Shown here piece by piece: positions 20,722 to 30,714 of a DNA stretch of 64,000 nucleotides. Position 1 is the first letter of the stretch; the number at the start of each line of letters is the position of its first letter. This stretch comes from Candidatus Poribacteria bacterium (GTDB taxonomy: Bacteria; Poribacteria; WGA-4E; WGA-3G), in the NCBI GenBank assembly GCA_963665235.2, contig CAXXLX010000001.1, positions 960,001 through 1,024,000 of the forward strand, given 5' to 3'. A program made the position numbers and the translations under genes. The notes under the pieces are model-generated. The model was not told where the DNA came from. It saw only the letters and a list, made by a program, of their open reading frames with translations, and ran no database searches.

Positions 20722-21819
20722 GTGAAATTATCCTATCATCTCTAACAAAAAGGTTCGGCGATACAGTCGCTGTGGACGACGTGTCACTGCGAATAGAAGG
20801 CGGCGAGTTTTTCTCCTTGCTGGGACCGAGCGGATGCGGAAAAACGACCACATTGCGAATTATCGGCGGGTTTGTGTACCCAACCGCTGGCGACGTTTTT
20901 ATCAACGGCGAACGCATGGTTGAAACCCCACCGTATCGCAGACCTGTCAACACTGTGTTCCAAAATTACGCCCTATTTCCGCACAAAACCGTTGCACAGA
21001 ATATTGCATTCGGACTCCAGATGAAAAAAATTCCAAAAACGGAAATTGCGGATGCGGTTGAACGTTCCCTCGATTTAATTCAACTGCCGGGCTACGGTGG
21101 CAGAAAACCGAATGAACTCTCCGGTGGCGAGCGGCAGCGCGTGGCACTTGCACGCGCATTGATTAATGAACCGACTATTCTGCTATTAGACGAACCGCTC
21201 TCCGCCCTTGATCTGAAACTCCGCAAACAGATGCAATTGGAACTGAAAACGTTGCAGCGCAAAGTCGGGATTACGTTCGTCTATGTCACGCATGACCAGG
21301 GGGAGGCGTTAGCACTGTCCGAGCGGATTGCGGTGATGAACGAAGGCAAAATCCTTCAGGTGGGAACACCCGCTGAAATCTACGACTCCCCACAAAACCG
21401 GTTTGTCGCCGATTTTATCGGAACATCAAACTTCTTTGAGGGAATATGTATCAGCACTGACGATAAATTTACAACCGTTGTGTCAAATACCGAGCCGGAG
21501 TTCAACGTTCGTTTGTAAACGCAGCGAAGAGGTGCCGGTAGACACAGTTGTCACCGTGGCGGTGCGTCCGGAGCGGATAGACATATCGGCGGAACCTCAT
21601 TCGGCTTTACCGAATTGCTTGCGCGGGGTTGTTCAAGATGCAAGCTATCTCGGAACGACGTTGCAATACACAGTGCAGACCGATTACCCGACCCCGCTCA
21701 TTGTCCATCAACAAAACACGGGTGCTAAGGAAATTCATCGTTTTCAGCAAGGCGATACGGTTTATTTGCAATGGACACCGAAGAGAGGGAGTGCCACTCT
21801 AATTCTGATTGATTTCTAA
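20712..21819 (+). pseudogene. potA: Polyamine ABC transporter ATPase, frameshifted near 21500 before the TOBE domain
   Basis: [41 protein letters not shown]; TOBE continues in ORF 21403..21819. No potBCD follows. Confidence 0.8.
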
Positions 21820-22380
21820 ACGGCCGCTCTCATTAACCCGAATAGTTTTGTCTTCCAAAAATTCATTGACGGTGTCCGTATAACGGTTTAACGGTGTAAA
21901 AATTCTTTCTCTATCCTCTTCAAGTTCCCGCGCGTAGCCGACCATGTGTTTAGTTCTACTAATAATTGGAAGGACGAGGATATCTTCGAATTCCAAGACC
22001 AACTTCTCTTCGTAACGCTAATTCGTTCAGCCAACCCTTCTGCTGTAGCGAAATGATCATTAATTCTACGCTGCATCTGTTCATCTAGAAGTCCGGCATC
22101 GTTCGAAAGCTTTTTGTAACGATGTTTAAGATAGAGTAATAGTGAGAGAGACCTTCTAATAATTCCTGAAGTCGTAAATCTACGGATTCCAAAGGACTTC
22201 TCCTATATCGTTCATCCTTATCCACCACTATAGGTAAACGGCGACTATTGTGATAGCTACAGTTCGTTTCTGTTCGGAAATTCGCAGCTTGACCTGAGAT
22301 TACTACGGACTGGCATTTTGTAGTGCTTGGCGTATCTGTTCTGCTTCGCGAACTGCCCTATGCAATCGCCTCTTCAAACT
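21799..22380 (-). pseudogene. Degraded ATPase-like (AAA_21/AAA_15-type) gene remnant
   Basis: Broken frames containing 'IFTPLNRYTDTVNEFLEDKTIRVNESGRLEI'; no intact Walker motifs visible. Confidence 0.4.
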
Positions 22381-22389
22381 ATTAGACAT

Positions 22390-22549
22390 TATAGTAGGAT
22401 TTAGAATTAATTGGACATTGTCCGTATCTCGTTTACGAAACCGCGCTTACCAGGGCTGTTGTCCAACAAACTTTTAGTTTGTGTCCGCATCCGCACGAAC
22501 TGGAAAGTTTGTGCTACAAAATCTCCCAATAAGTATATGCTTTACTATA
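22390..22549. mobile_element. MITE family C (TATAGTA..TACTATA ends, IS630-like) carrying an inverted pair of family-A-type REP units
   Basis: TATAGTAGGATTTAGAATTAATTGG / CCCAATAAGTATATGCTTTACTATA; the first ~85 bp recur at 35299. Confidence 0.7.
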
Positions 22550-22594
22550 CATATCCATTCAACTCAAACTCAGATAATTGGCGAAGGTATTGGA

Positions 22595-23365
22595 TCAACT
22601 GAATTGTTTAAAATATTCGTCAATTTCATCTCTTAACTCAATGCCAGCCTGCTCAAAAGCATCCAAAAGTTTTACGTACGTTCCCTCTCCACCAATAAAA
22701 TCCCACAGTTCATCTGCAACCAAAATATCATGCTGCAAATCCAACATTCCTTTTAACGTCCATCTCTGATACGGTTTAGGTTCATAAGGATTGTAAGGAA
22801 TACCAATCATTGTGTTTACAACCACCTCAGGATCTCGCGCAAATTCAGCAGCTGTCCATTCCAAAAGGGTTCGCTTATACTCCTTAAAATTACCTTTGTT
22901 AGGTTTCACAGTTTTTAGGTCAAATAAAAACAGCTCACCTTCGTAGTTTTCCAACCAGATATCCACCCATGTCAGTTTTACCTCGTCTAAAGTTCCGGTT
23001 CGACAAACTTCTCTAATTTCTTCAATTTCAATAGGCTTATTGGGTTCTCTATCAGCCACCGTTAATTCATTCATTATTGTCTGAATTTGCTGATATGCTC
23101 CAGAGCTTATTTTGTTAGCAGGTTTAACTTGACTTTGGGCAATTCTAAACTTTCCGCTCGCCAATGCAATAGCGACGGGCTCATATATTGATACTCCAAA
23201 TGTGGTATTCAAGGATTGAATAAAGGAGAATAAAGCCATCCTATCTTTACCGAGCAACCGATAATGGAACGGCATGTAACGCGTTTCAGGATTGTACGAT
23301 CGGAATTTTTCTCGCATGCAATCCTTGATTTTCTCTTTTATCATCAACATTCGTTGTGAATTCAT
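22595..23365 (-). CDS. Type II restriction endonuclease, TdeIII/MjaII-like
   Basis: 'MPFHYRLLGKDRMALFSFIQSLNTTFG', 'FDLKTVKPNKG', 'IPYNPYEPKPYQRWT'; overlaps the MTase stop by 4 nt. Confidence 0.8.
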   Translation of the reverse strand: MNSQRMLMIKEKIKDCMREKFRSYNPETRYMPFHYRLLGKDRMALFSFIQSLNTTFGVSIYEPVAIALASGKFRIAQSQVKPANKISSGAYQQIQTIMNELTVADREPNKPIEIEEIREVCRTGTLDEVKLTWVDIWLENYEGELFLFDLKTVKPNKGNFKEYKRTLLEWTAAEFARDPEVVVNTMIGIPYNPYEPKPYQRWTLKGMLDLQHDILVADELWDFIGGEGTYVKLLDAFEQAGIELRDEIDEYFKQFS

Positions 23366-24942
23366 CCTTTAGTTCCTTTTTCTTTTAAATGGAAAATCGT
23401 TTCTGAATACGCTGTTTCTCGATTCTTTTCAGTCCGATTCAGGACAGGCCGCTTGTGTTGATTGACGATGTGCATACCCGCCATATCAGCAATAGTCGGG
23501 TACATACTAAACTTATCGTTTGCAACAACGAAAACATTGTAATCGTCCGCTAAAAACCGTTTACAGTTCTTGAAAACCGCTGCTATACCCTGAACGTAAG
23601 ACTCTCTCGCCTCGCGTCCCTTTCCTCTAAACAAGGGGCCAATCTCCAATTCATCTAACCTTTTGAAACCGAAAAGATCATAAGCGTAGGCGTGCTGCTC
23701 GTGGTAGTTGATGAGTCCAACATACGGCGGACTTGTAAAGATACCTTTAATCCGCTGTTTTTGGGCAATCTCTGCAAACTGTGAATTTACCTGTTCCAAC
23801 ATCGTGAAGATGTTAATCGTCCGCGAATCACCGGTAACGCAGTGTTGAAAAGTGTCCGTTTTTAATCGATTGAACTCAAACCAACGTTCTATGCTGTCCT
23901 TACTGTATCGCTCCCACCACCCTAAGATGGAAAAGAGCGGTTTGCAAATCTTTCCATGTTTTCTACAAAAGTAGGGGGTCGTTACAGGGTGCCGCAATGT
24001 CCCTAGGTCCGCGTGTGTCGTGGCTCTACATGAACGGATAGTCCGGCTTAAGATGAGCATCAAACCTCTTTGGGTTGACGCGTCCTCTATTTCACGAATT
24101 TTGCTGTGGACAAAATCTATCTCCGCCTTCACCCCCGGCAAATACCACCGCTTCATAAAACGCGCCGAATCGGTTGGCATCTCTATCTCAATTTGATACT
24201 CGGCGACAAGCGGACGGTATATCTCTAAAAAATCGGTCTCCTTCTCAGCCCCATACCTTTTCTGGTCAATCTCACCCGTTCTCACTTGCCGTTTGAAGGA
24301 TACCGGAAAATACTGTGTGTTGAAAACCGTAAGGGCATCCGAAAGTTTGGAGTCAAATTCCATTATGCCAGATGTAGCAACAAAATTTCGGAGAGCGGCT
24401 GTAATTTTCTGGCTCGCCTCGTATAGCCGAACGAAGTTGAATGTTCCAACCTTCGCATTGCTAATAAACGCGTTAAACGCCGAAATATCAATCCCAATTG
24501 CGTGCATCCCCAATTCGTTCGCTTGCACTAAGGTTGTCCCACTACCACAAAACGGGTCAAGCACAATATCTCCTGATCGAAAATAGATCTCCTGTTTAAA
24601 GTCGTCGGTATGTGTATCTAGGAAATATTCAACCAATTGCGGGATAAATTTACCTTTGTACGGATGCAGTCTGTGGACATGTTTTGTCGTCTCCGCCTCT
24701 TTAACCTTTTCGAAGGACAGTGTCCAATTCAGGTCATCGCCGAGTTCGTCTTTCCACTGCTTCTCTCGGCGGCTTTGTCCATAATAATTTTCTAAGCTCT
24801 GTAGCGGAATCAGTGTTGTCCCCTTTTCAGGACTCGTTTCGAGGTGTCCGTACTGAATTAAGTAGGAGATATTCGCGGTGGTAACGTTTTTATTGAGATG
24901 TTTTGATGCCCATTGGCTTGCCTGTTTGAGTGTCAGAAGCAT
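23362..24942 (-). CDS. Cognate m4C-type DNA methyltransferase with N-terminal HTH
   Basis: 'HVHRLHPYKGKFIPQLV', DPFCGSGTT, FTSPPY; N-terminal 'LTLKQASQWAS...NISYLIQYG' HTH. Confidence 0.85.
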   Translation of the reverse strand: MLLTLKQASQWASKHLNKNVTTANISYLIQYGHLETSPEKGTTLIPLQSLENYYGQSRREKQWKDELGDDLNWTLSFEKVKEAETTKHVHRLHPYKGKFIPQLVEYFLDTHTDDFKQEIYFRSGDIVLDPFCGSGTTLVQANELGMHAIGIDISAFNAFISNAKVGTFNFVRLYEASQKITAALRNFVATSGIMEFDSKLSDALTVFNTQYFPVSFKRQVRTGEIDQKRYGAEKETDFLEIYRPLVAEYQIEIEMPTDSARFMKRWYLPGVKAEIDFVHSKIREIEDASTQRGLMLILSRTIRSCRATTHADLGTLRHPVTTPYFCRKHGKICKPLFSILGWWERYSKDSIERWFEFNRLKTDTFQHCVTGDSRTINIFTMLEQVNSQFAEIAQKQRIKGIFTSPPYVGLINYHEQHAYAYDLFGFKRLDELEIGPLFRGKGREARESYVQGIAAVFKNCKRFLADDYNVFVVANDKFSMYPTIADMAGMHIVNQHKRPVLNRTEKNRETAYSETIFHLKEKGTKG

Positions 24943-25004
24943 TTCAGGTCCCTGTGTTTATGATGACGATAAAATTTTCGTCGCAGATGCACATGTTCAC
25001 TAAA

Positions 25005-25527
25005 GTCAAGGCACCCACTGCCTTAAGGCAGGGGAAACCTGTGCTTCAGTATTCGGGCAAACAGCCCGCTCCTACGCAGTTAGCGTTTCCTCGGAAACGT
25101 CTTATATCTACTCCACAGAGGGATCACAAGCAGCCCTCAAAATGTTTATCGCAGCGTTTACGTCTCTATCGTGGTGTGAGCCACATTCGGGACAGGTCCA
25201 CTGCCGATTTAAAAGTGTCAGGTCTTCGTTATGGTATCCACAATCTGAACAGGGTTTGGTTGGTCGTCAAGTATGTTACCAAAACGCATATTCTGCGGAT
25301 GTTCGCGTATCTGATATTTATACGTGCGGCGGTGTTGTTTAGGTTCTCTTTTCTTTTTCATAAATACTCACGTGTCACCACTTTAACCCCTGAACAGTGG
25401 GTAGGCAGACACGTTACCAAGCGGTAACGCTGTTCATATCTGCCAACGTGATACGCTAATTATACTACATTTTGATATTATTTGTCAAGAAAAAATAGGA
25501 AAATAGGAGCGGGTATTCCCCCCCTAC
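25005..25527 (-). mobile_element. Internally deleted IS200/IS605 (TnpB) element
   Basis: Minus strand: MKKKREPKQHRRTYKYQI.. (ATG 25361) joined out of frame to the zinc finger [28 protein letters not shown]; right-end hairpin CCCTGCCTTAAGGCAGTGGG. Left boundary approximate. Confidence 0.85.
25459..25488 (-). promoter_or_regulatory. Near-consensus sigma70 promoter inside the TnpB remnant
   Basis: TTGACA-18 nt-TATAAT on the minus strand. Confidence 0.6.
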
Positions 25528-25890
25528 ATAATCTATCTACACATGGATAGATGCGTCACAGAGTTTGTCCGAATTTGGTTGACTTATGAAGAACCAGCCA
25601 TTTTTGGCGAGGGTATTGATGATATATTCCCTTCTATATTGACAACAAAACTTTTCTAACTGTGCCCCGTTGCAATCAATCGTTAAAATAATAACACATT
25701 CGGTGAAGAAAAAGCAAAAATTAAGTGGTCTATTTTGCAGAAACGTGTTATAATATCCGTTGAATGAACTCCTTTCGCTGAAAAAGTTTATTATTTTCAA
25801 AAGAGTTCTCTTTACACAAAAAATTCGTCAATTATTTATCAAACTCACGTTACAATCCAAAGCCTTAAGAATGTGCTATTCCGAAAAAAA

Positions 25891-27664
25891 ATGACAACAA
25901 ATTGGAACTCCCAGCGTGTTGGGGATATTAAGGAAAAATCTATAGCCGCTTTAGCGCGTGGTACCGCTTTTCTGCTGACGCAACAGAGCGCAGCCGGGAA
26001 CTTCGAGGGACAACTTTCCGCGAGTACGTTTCCCTCCTGCGCGTACGCATGGATTCAACTGGCGCAGGGAGATACCCCCGACCAAAACCTTATTGACTGG
26101 TTTATTAACAGCCAAAACGAAAACGGCACGCTTTAGCGCGTGGTACCGCTTTTCTGCTGACGCAACAGAGCGCAGCCGGGAACTTCGAGGGACAACTTTC
26201 CGCGAGTGGGGGTTAGACACTGCAAATCAATCAAATCCGGACGCAACCCTATTTGCTCAATTGATTTTGGAACAGGTCGGTGAACAGATTGCCTCACCAC
26301 GTTTAGAAGAGACAGTGGCACGTATTCCGCAATACCCGCTTGATTTGGCGTTAATTAAACTTGCTTACGCGGCTTTCAATCGATTTGACTGGCAGAAGCT
26401 GACTGTTTCAAAACGAGCGTTGCCGCTTATGCGATTCGTCAAGTCCTTAACGCGAATTCCCACATTGCGTGCCCTCTTAAAACCCCCCCGACACCGGCTG
26501 CCACCCGTTGACATCTTTAACACGTCCCTATTTGACGCACTGTTTATTGCAGAACAACATACGTTAGTGCCCGTTTTTATCTTAATTGAACTGAATACAA
26601 CGAACCGTCCCCAAATTATCGATTCCCTATTAGCTTGGTTGAAGGCGCGTGTTTTGAGCGATGGCAGCTGGTTTCGCGTCAATTATATTACCGCGCTATC
26701 GGTATTGGCACTGATTGAACTGCGTGAAAAGGGACATGCCGATGCCGATATTCCCGCGTTGATAGAGACCGGCATGGAATGGCTCCACACGACGCAAAAC
26801 CCGGATGGGGGATGTCGCGAAGCACTGAATCTCAATGTCTGGGACACAGCCTTGAGCATCATCGCCTTGACAGAGGTCGGCACAAGTCCGGACGCAATCA
26901 ACGCAGCAGCGCAATGGCTCATGGAGAATCAAAACGACAATGGCGGGTGGGCATTTTCTGGCATGCCCGATAGTTCACTTCCCAGCGATGCGGACGATAC
27001 CGCTCTGTCAACTCTCGCCTTAATTCGCGCAAAACGAGACGGCACCGAAGATGCAATTCAACGAGGCGTAGAATGGTTAAAACGGAATCAGGGAAGCGAC
27101 GGCAGTTGGAGCACGTATCAGCCCGGTCAAGGCGACGTGGGGTGTGTTAGTATTACCGCACATGCCATCGAAGCACTGCTTGCCTACGGCGACAATGAAA
27201 CGGTTATAACCCGCGGTATCCAATGGCTACGGGCGGCCATTCACAGCGAGGGTTTTTGGGACGACCTCTGGTTGGCAAAGCGGACTTATGGGACCGCTTA
27301 TGCGCTCGTTGCACTCATCAAAGCAGGCATGAAAGATGTACCGGAGATTACGCGCGGTGTGCACTGGTTAGAGCAGACACAAAATGCAGATGGGGGTTGG
27401 GGTGAAGATATGTTTGGAAACCCCACACAGAGCACAGTGGAGCAGACCGCGTGGTGTACTTACGCCCTTCTACTCGCTACCGATGAAAACCTCGCCGCTC
27501 AAAACGGCATAACGTTTCTCCTGAAACATCAACGGGAAGACGGTTCATGGCCCGAAAGCTGCGTCGGCATCTATTGGGAGGTCATCGGCGGGTACAGCGA
27601 CCCAATCTATGCGTCTGTTTTTCCAATGCTGGCGTTGAATCAGTATAACACAGGAACACCTTAG
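25891..27664 (+). pseudogene. Squalene-hopene-cyclase-like class II terpene cyclase, frameshifted by a 76-bp duplicated insert
   Basis: QW repeats (QNDNGGW, QGSDGSW, QNADGGW, QREDGSW), VWDTAL, DADDT motif; 26131-26206 copies 25949-26024. Confidence 0.8.
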
Positions 27665-27678
27665 ATTAGGAGAAAATA

Positions 27679-28671
27679 ATGAACAGAACTGCTGACGTTC
27701 TGGTGGTGTAAAACGGCACACGCCCCCCTTGGGGGAATCTACAAGAACAAAGGAGGCGGTGTTTCCTCCCCCCACTAAAGCAGGGGTATCCACACCGAAT
27801 ATTTTTATTGAAGCGTTACCTAAAGCTACCCTATATCCGCCGCTTTTACGACCGGCGGGTTATTATCAAATATGGCGGTGCCGCCATGGAGGAGGAAAGT
27901 CTTATCCACTCCGTTATGGAAGACATCGTTTTGATGAAATACGTGGGGATGCGCCCGATTGTTGTACACGGTGGCGGCCCACGAATCAGCACGTGGATGG
28001 ATAGGGTTGGGAAAACAGCAGAATTTGTGCAAGGACTACGCGTAACTGATGCCGAAACCGTGGAAATCGCCGAGATGGTGTTAGCAGGGTCAATTAACAA
28101 AAGCATTGTATCGCTTATCAACCAACACGGCGGGCAAGCAATTGGCATTTGTGGTAAGGATGGAAATCTGATTATCGCTGAAAAACATACACCCAAAGTG
28201 ACAGATGAGGCAGGCAATGAGACCACCGTTGACATAGGGTTTGTCGGTAATATCATTGGGGTCAACATCCAACCGATTATGGCACTTGATAAAGCGGGGT
28301 ATATCCCGGTAATTGCACCTAACGGGGTAGGGGTCGATGGGCAAACCTATAACATTAATGCGGACACCATGGCAGGTGAAATCGCTTCTGCACTACAGGC
28401 GGAAAAACTGATTTTGCTAACCGACACTCGCGGCATCTGCCGAAATCTGGACGACACGGCTACGCTCATTCCGACTATCTATATGCGGGAGATCAAAGCA
28501 CTCATCGATAGCAAAGTCATCACAGGCGGAATGATACCGAAAATAGAGGCGTGCGAGAGAGCCCTCCTCGGCGGTGTAGCGAAAACACATATCATTGATG
28601 GAAGAATTCCGCATTCCCTGCTCCTTGAAGTCTTCACGGAGGGGGGCATCGGAACAGAAATTGTCCGATAA
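27679..28671 (+). CDS. argB: Acetylglutamate kinase with interrupted 5' end
   Basis: IIKYGGAAM, VHGGGP, GLRVTD, YNINAD, GGMIPK motifs. Native start ATG 27679 (AGGAGA RBS) is separated from the body by an insertion; the intact ORF restarts at TTG 27808. Confidence 0.92.
27703..27806 (-). mobile_element. 104-bp IS200/IS605-derived mini-element (PATE-like)
   Basis: Left-end-like hairpin CGGTGTGGATACCCCTGCTTTAGTGGGGG..AGGAAACACCG plus a second hairpin; no TSD; precise removal gives MNRTADVL|IEALP. Confidence 0.8.
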
Positions 28672-28685
28672 ACAGGAGGAACACC

Positions 28686-29840
28686 ATGGAACAACGTAAA
28701 AAAATCGCTGCTATCATAACAACCTACTTTCCACATTCGCATGCTGATGTGATTGCCACGAAATATATGAAAGGTTTTCCGACAGATGATGGGCACCGGA
28801 TGCCGCGTGTGGAATTGGCATCCATCTATCTTGACCAGGTGGATGCACGAGACATCGGGGTGGGTTTGGCTGCAGAACACAATGTCCCGATATATCCGAG
28901 CATTCGGCAAGCGTTGACGCTCGGAGGCGGTGAATTGGCTGTAGATGGCGTTCTCCTCATCGGAGAACACGGTGACTATCCGCATAACGAATTGGGACAA
29001 CACATGTATCCGCGCCGCTATATGTTTGAACAGATTTGTGGCGTGTTCGCATCGAGCGGTCGGTCGGTGCCTGTTTTCTGTGATAAACACCTCGCCTATA
29101 GTTGGGACGATGCGGCTTGGATGTATGCGCGTGCAAACGCGCTTGAGGTGCCGTTTATGGCGGGTTCATCGTTACCGCTCTGTTGGCGGCAACCTTTCTT
29201 AGAACACCCCCTTGATATTCCGTTGGACTCGGCTGTCGGCATAGGCTACGGCGGTGTGGAGTCGTATGGTTTTCACGCGCTTGAGACGCTGCAGTGTATG
29301 ACTGAACGCCGCCAAGGCGGAGAGTCTGGGGTCGTTGCAATTCAGTGTCTGGAGGGAGAAGCGGTCTGGAGGCAATGGCCGCTCGCGTTAGCCGAAGCAG
29401 CATGTGCACAAATCAGAAACAGACCGGACAAGACGCTTGTAGAGGGGTGTCCAAATCCAACGGCATTTCTGATAGAACATCGGGATGGGTTTCAGTCCGC
29501 CGTGCTGATGTTGAACGGTTATGTCACCGATTTCGCCTACGCCGGAAGACAGGGGGATAACGTCTATGCCACGGAGTTTTACCTTCAAAACGGCCCGCCC
29601 TACGCGCATTTCAGCTATTTGAGCCTTAACATAGAGGAGATGTTCGTGACAGGTGTTCCGCAATACCCTGTGGAACGGACGCTGCTGGTAACCGGCATTC
29701 TTGATGCGATTATGCACTCACGGGCACAAGGATATATCCGTCTTGAAACGCCGCATCTGTCGGACCTTGCATATCGTTCTTACCAGAAAATGCCTATCCG
29801 TCCTACTGCCCCGCGTCCTGAAGGTGCAACGTTGCTGTAA
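28686..29840 (+). CDS. Conserved hypothetical, Gfo/Idh/MocA-like oxidoreductase fold
   Basis: 'VDGVLLIGEHGDYP', 'PVFCDKHL', 'FMAGSSLP', 'YGFHALE'; GGAGG RBS. Confidence 0.6.
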   Translation: MEQRKKIAAIITTYFPHSHADVIATKYMKGFPTDDGHRMPRVELASIYLDQVDARDIGVGLAAEHNVPIYPSIRQALTLGGGELAVDGVLLIGEHGDYPHNELGQHMYPRRYMFEQICGVFASSGRSVPVFCDKHLAYSWDDAAWMYARANALEVPFMAGSSLPLCWRQPFLEHPLDIPLDSAVGIGYGGVESYGFHALETLQCMTERRQGGESGVVAIQCLEGEAVWRQWPLALAEAACAQIRNRPDKTLVEGCPNPTAFLIEHRDGFQSAVLMLNGYVTDFAYAGRQGDNVYATEFYLQNGPPYAHFSYLSLNIEEMFVTGVPQYPVERTLLVTGILDAIMHSRAQGYIRLETPHLSDLAYRSYQKMPIRPTAPRPEGATLL

Positions 29841-29910
29841 AATCATAGGTGTAAGATTACCTGAACCCATTCTAGCATATGATAGCCTTGGCAATTGGAC
29901 ACCTGTCAAT

Positions 29911-30408
29911 TTATTTCGCCGTGAGTTCCTGAAACAAGCAGGCAAGTTTTTCTTGTGTAACATTCGGATCTTCTATGATGATGCGCGCCCCCCCGATAAT
30001 GTCCATGAACCCTAACTCACGCGGATAGCGGGGCACAACGTGCACATGGAGATGTGGAATGCTTGCCCCGGAGGCATCTCCCATATTATAACCGACATTA
30101 TACCCGCGCGGTTGATAGGCATGCATCAATACCTCAAAACAGAGACATTGGAGCTCATGAAGGTTTAGTACCTCTTCGGGGTTCAATTCCCGCATATCAA
30201 TTACATGTCGATTCGGAAAGATTAAGAGGTGCCCGGGACTATAAGGATAGAGATTGAGTGAAATCGTAAAACGTTCCGTTCGATGTACTTCAAGCCGTTC
30301 AACTTTTTCATCTTTTTCGACAATTGCACAGAGAATACAAGGGACATCTGGACGGTTTTTTCCTTTGGCATAAGGCATTTTGTCTGGTACGAAGAGGTTG
30401 TGTCGCAT
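29911..30408 (-). CDS. HIT-family protein (Ap4A phosphorylase/hydrolase-like)
   Basis: CILC, NLYPYSPGHLL and 'GASIPHLHVHVVPR' HxHxH motif. Confidence 0.9.
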   Translation of the reverse strand: MRHNLFVPDKMPYAKGKNRPDVPCILCAIVEKDEKVERLEVHRTERFTISLNLYPYSPGHLLIFPNRHVIDMRELNPEEVLNLHELQCLCFEVLMHAYQPRGYNVGYNMGDASGASIPHLHVHVVPRYPRELGFMDIIGGARIIIEDPNVTQEKLACLFQELTAK

Positions 30409-30426
30409 AGACGGGTCATTCCTTCT

Positions 30427-30541
30427 CAGGACTTACGCAAATTTAGGACATAGTCTCGTAGGGGCGAGGTCACCTCGCCCGCTAAGTCTCCCTCTAAATC
30501 TCATTATCATGCGGATTTATCAACGCGCTGCGTAAGTCCTG
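30427..30541 (+). mobile_element. MITE family B
   Basis: Perfect CAGGACTTACGCA TIRs; CTTCT TSD at 30422-26 and 30542-46; internal GTAGGGGCGAGGTCACCTCGCCC. Confidence 0.92.
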
Positions 30542-30714
30542 CTTCTGAAAAATTTAACTTCTGATACATATATAGTATACTATTTGCAGGTTTGTTGCAA
30601 GAGATATGTTCTGTTTTCATTTTTCTTGCGCTTTTTTTTTAAAGATGTTATCATAGCAGCAGACCTATAAAGATACCGCCCTTATAGGGCTAAAGAGTAA
30701 AGGTAAAGATTTTT

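Noticed and set aside
19930-21520. Programmed ribosomal frameshifting in the MTase and potA
   Set aside because: No canonical slippery heptamer or stimulatory structure is evident; mutation or sequencing error is simpler.
24930-25427. 165-aa plus-strand ORF
   Set aside because: It is the antisense shadow of the TnpB remnant.
25949-26206. DGR template/variable repeat pair
   Set aside because: The copies are identical with no adenine-specific mismatches, no reverse transcriptase is in the window, and the copy breaks the frame.
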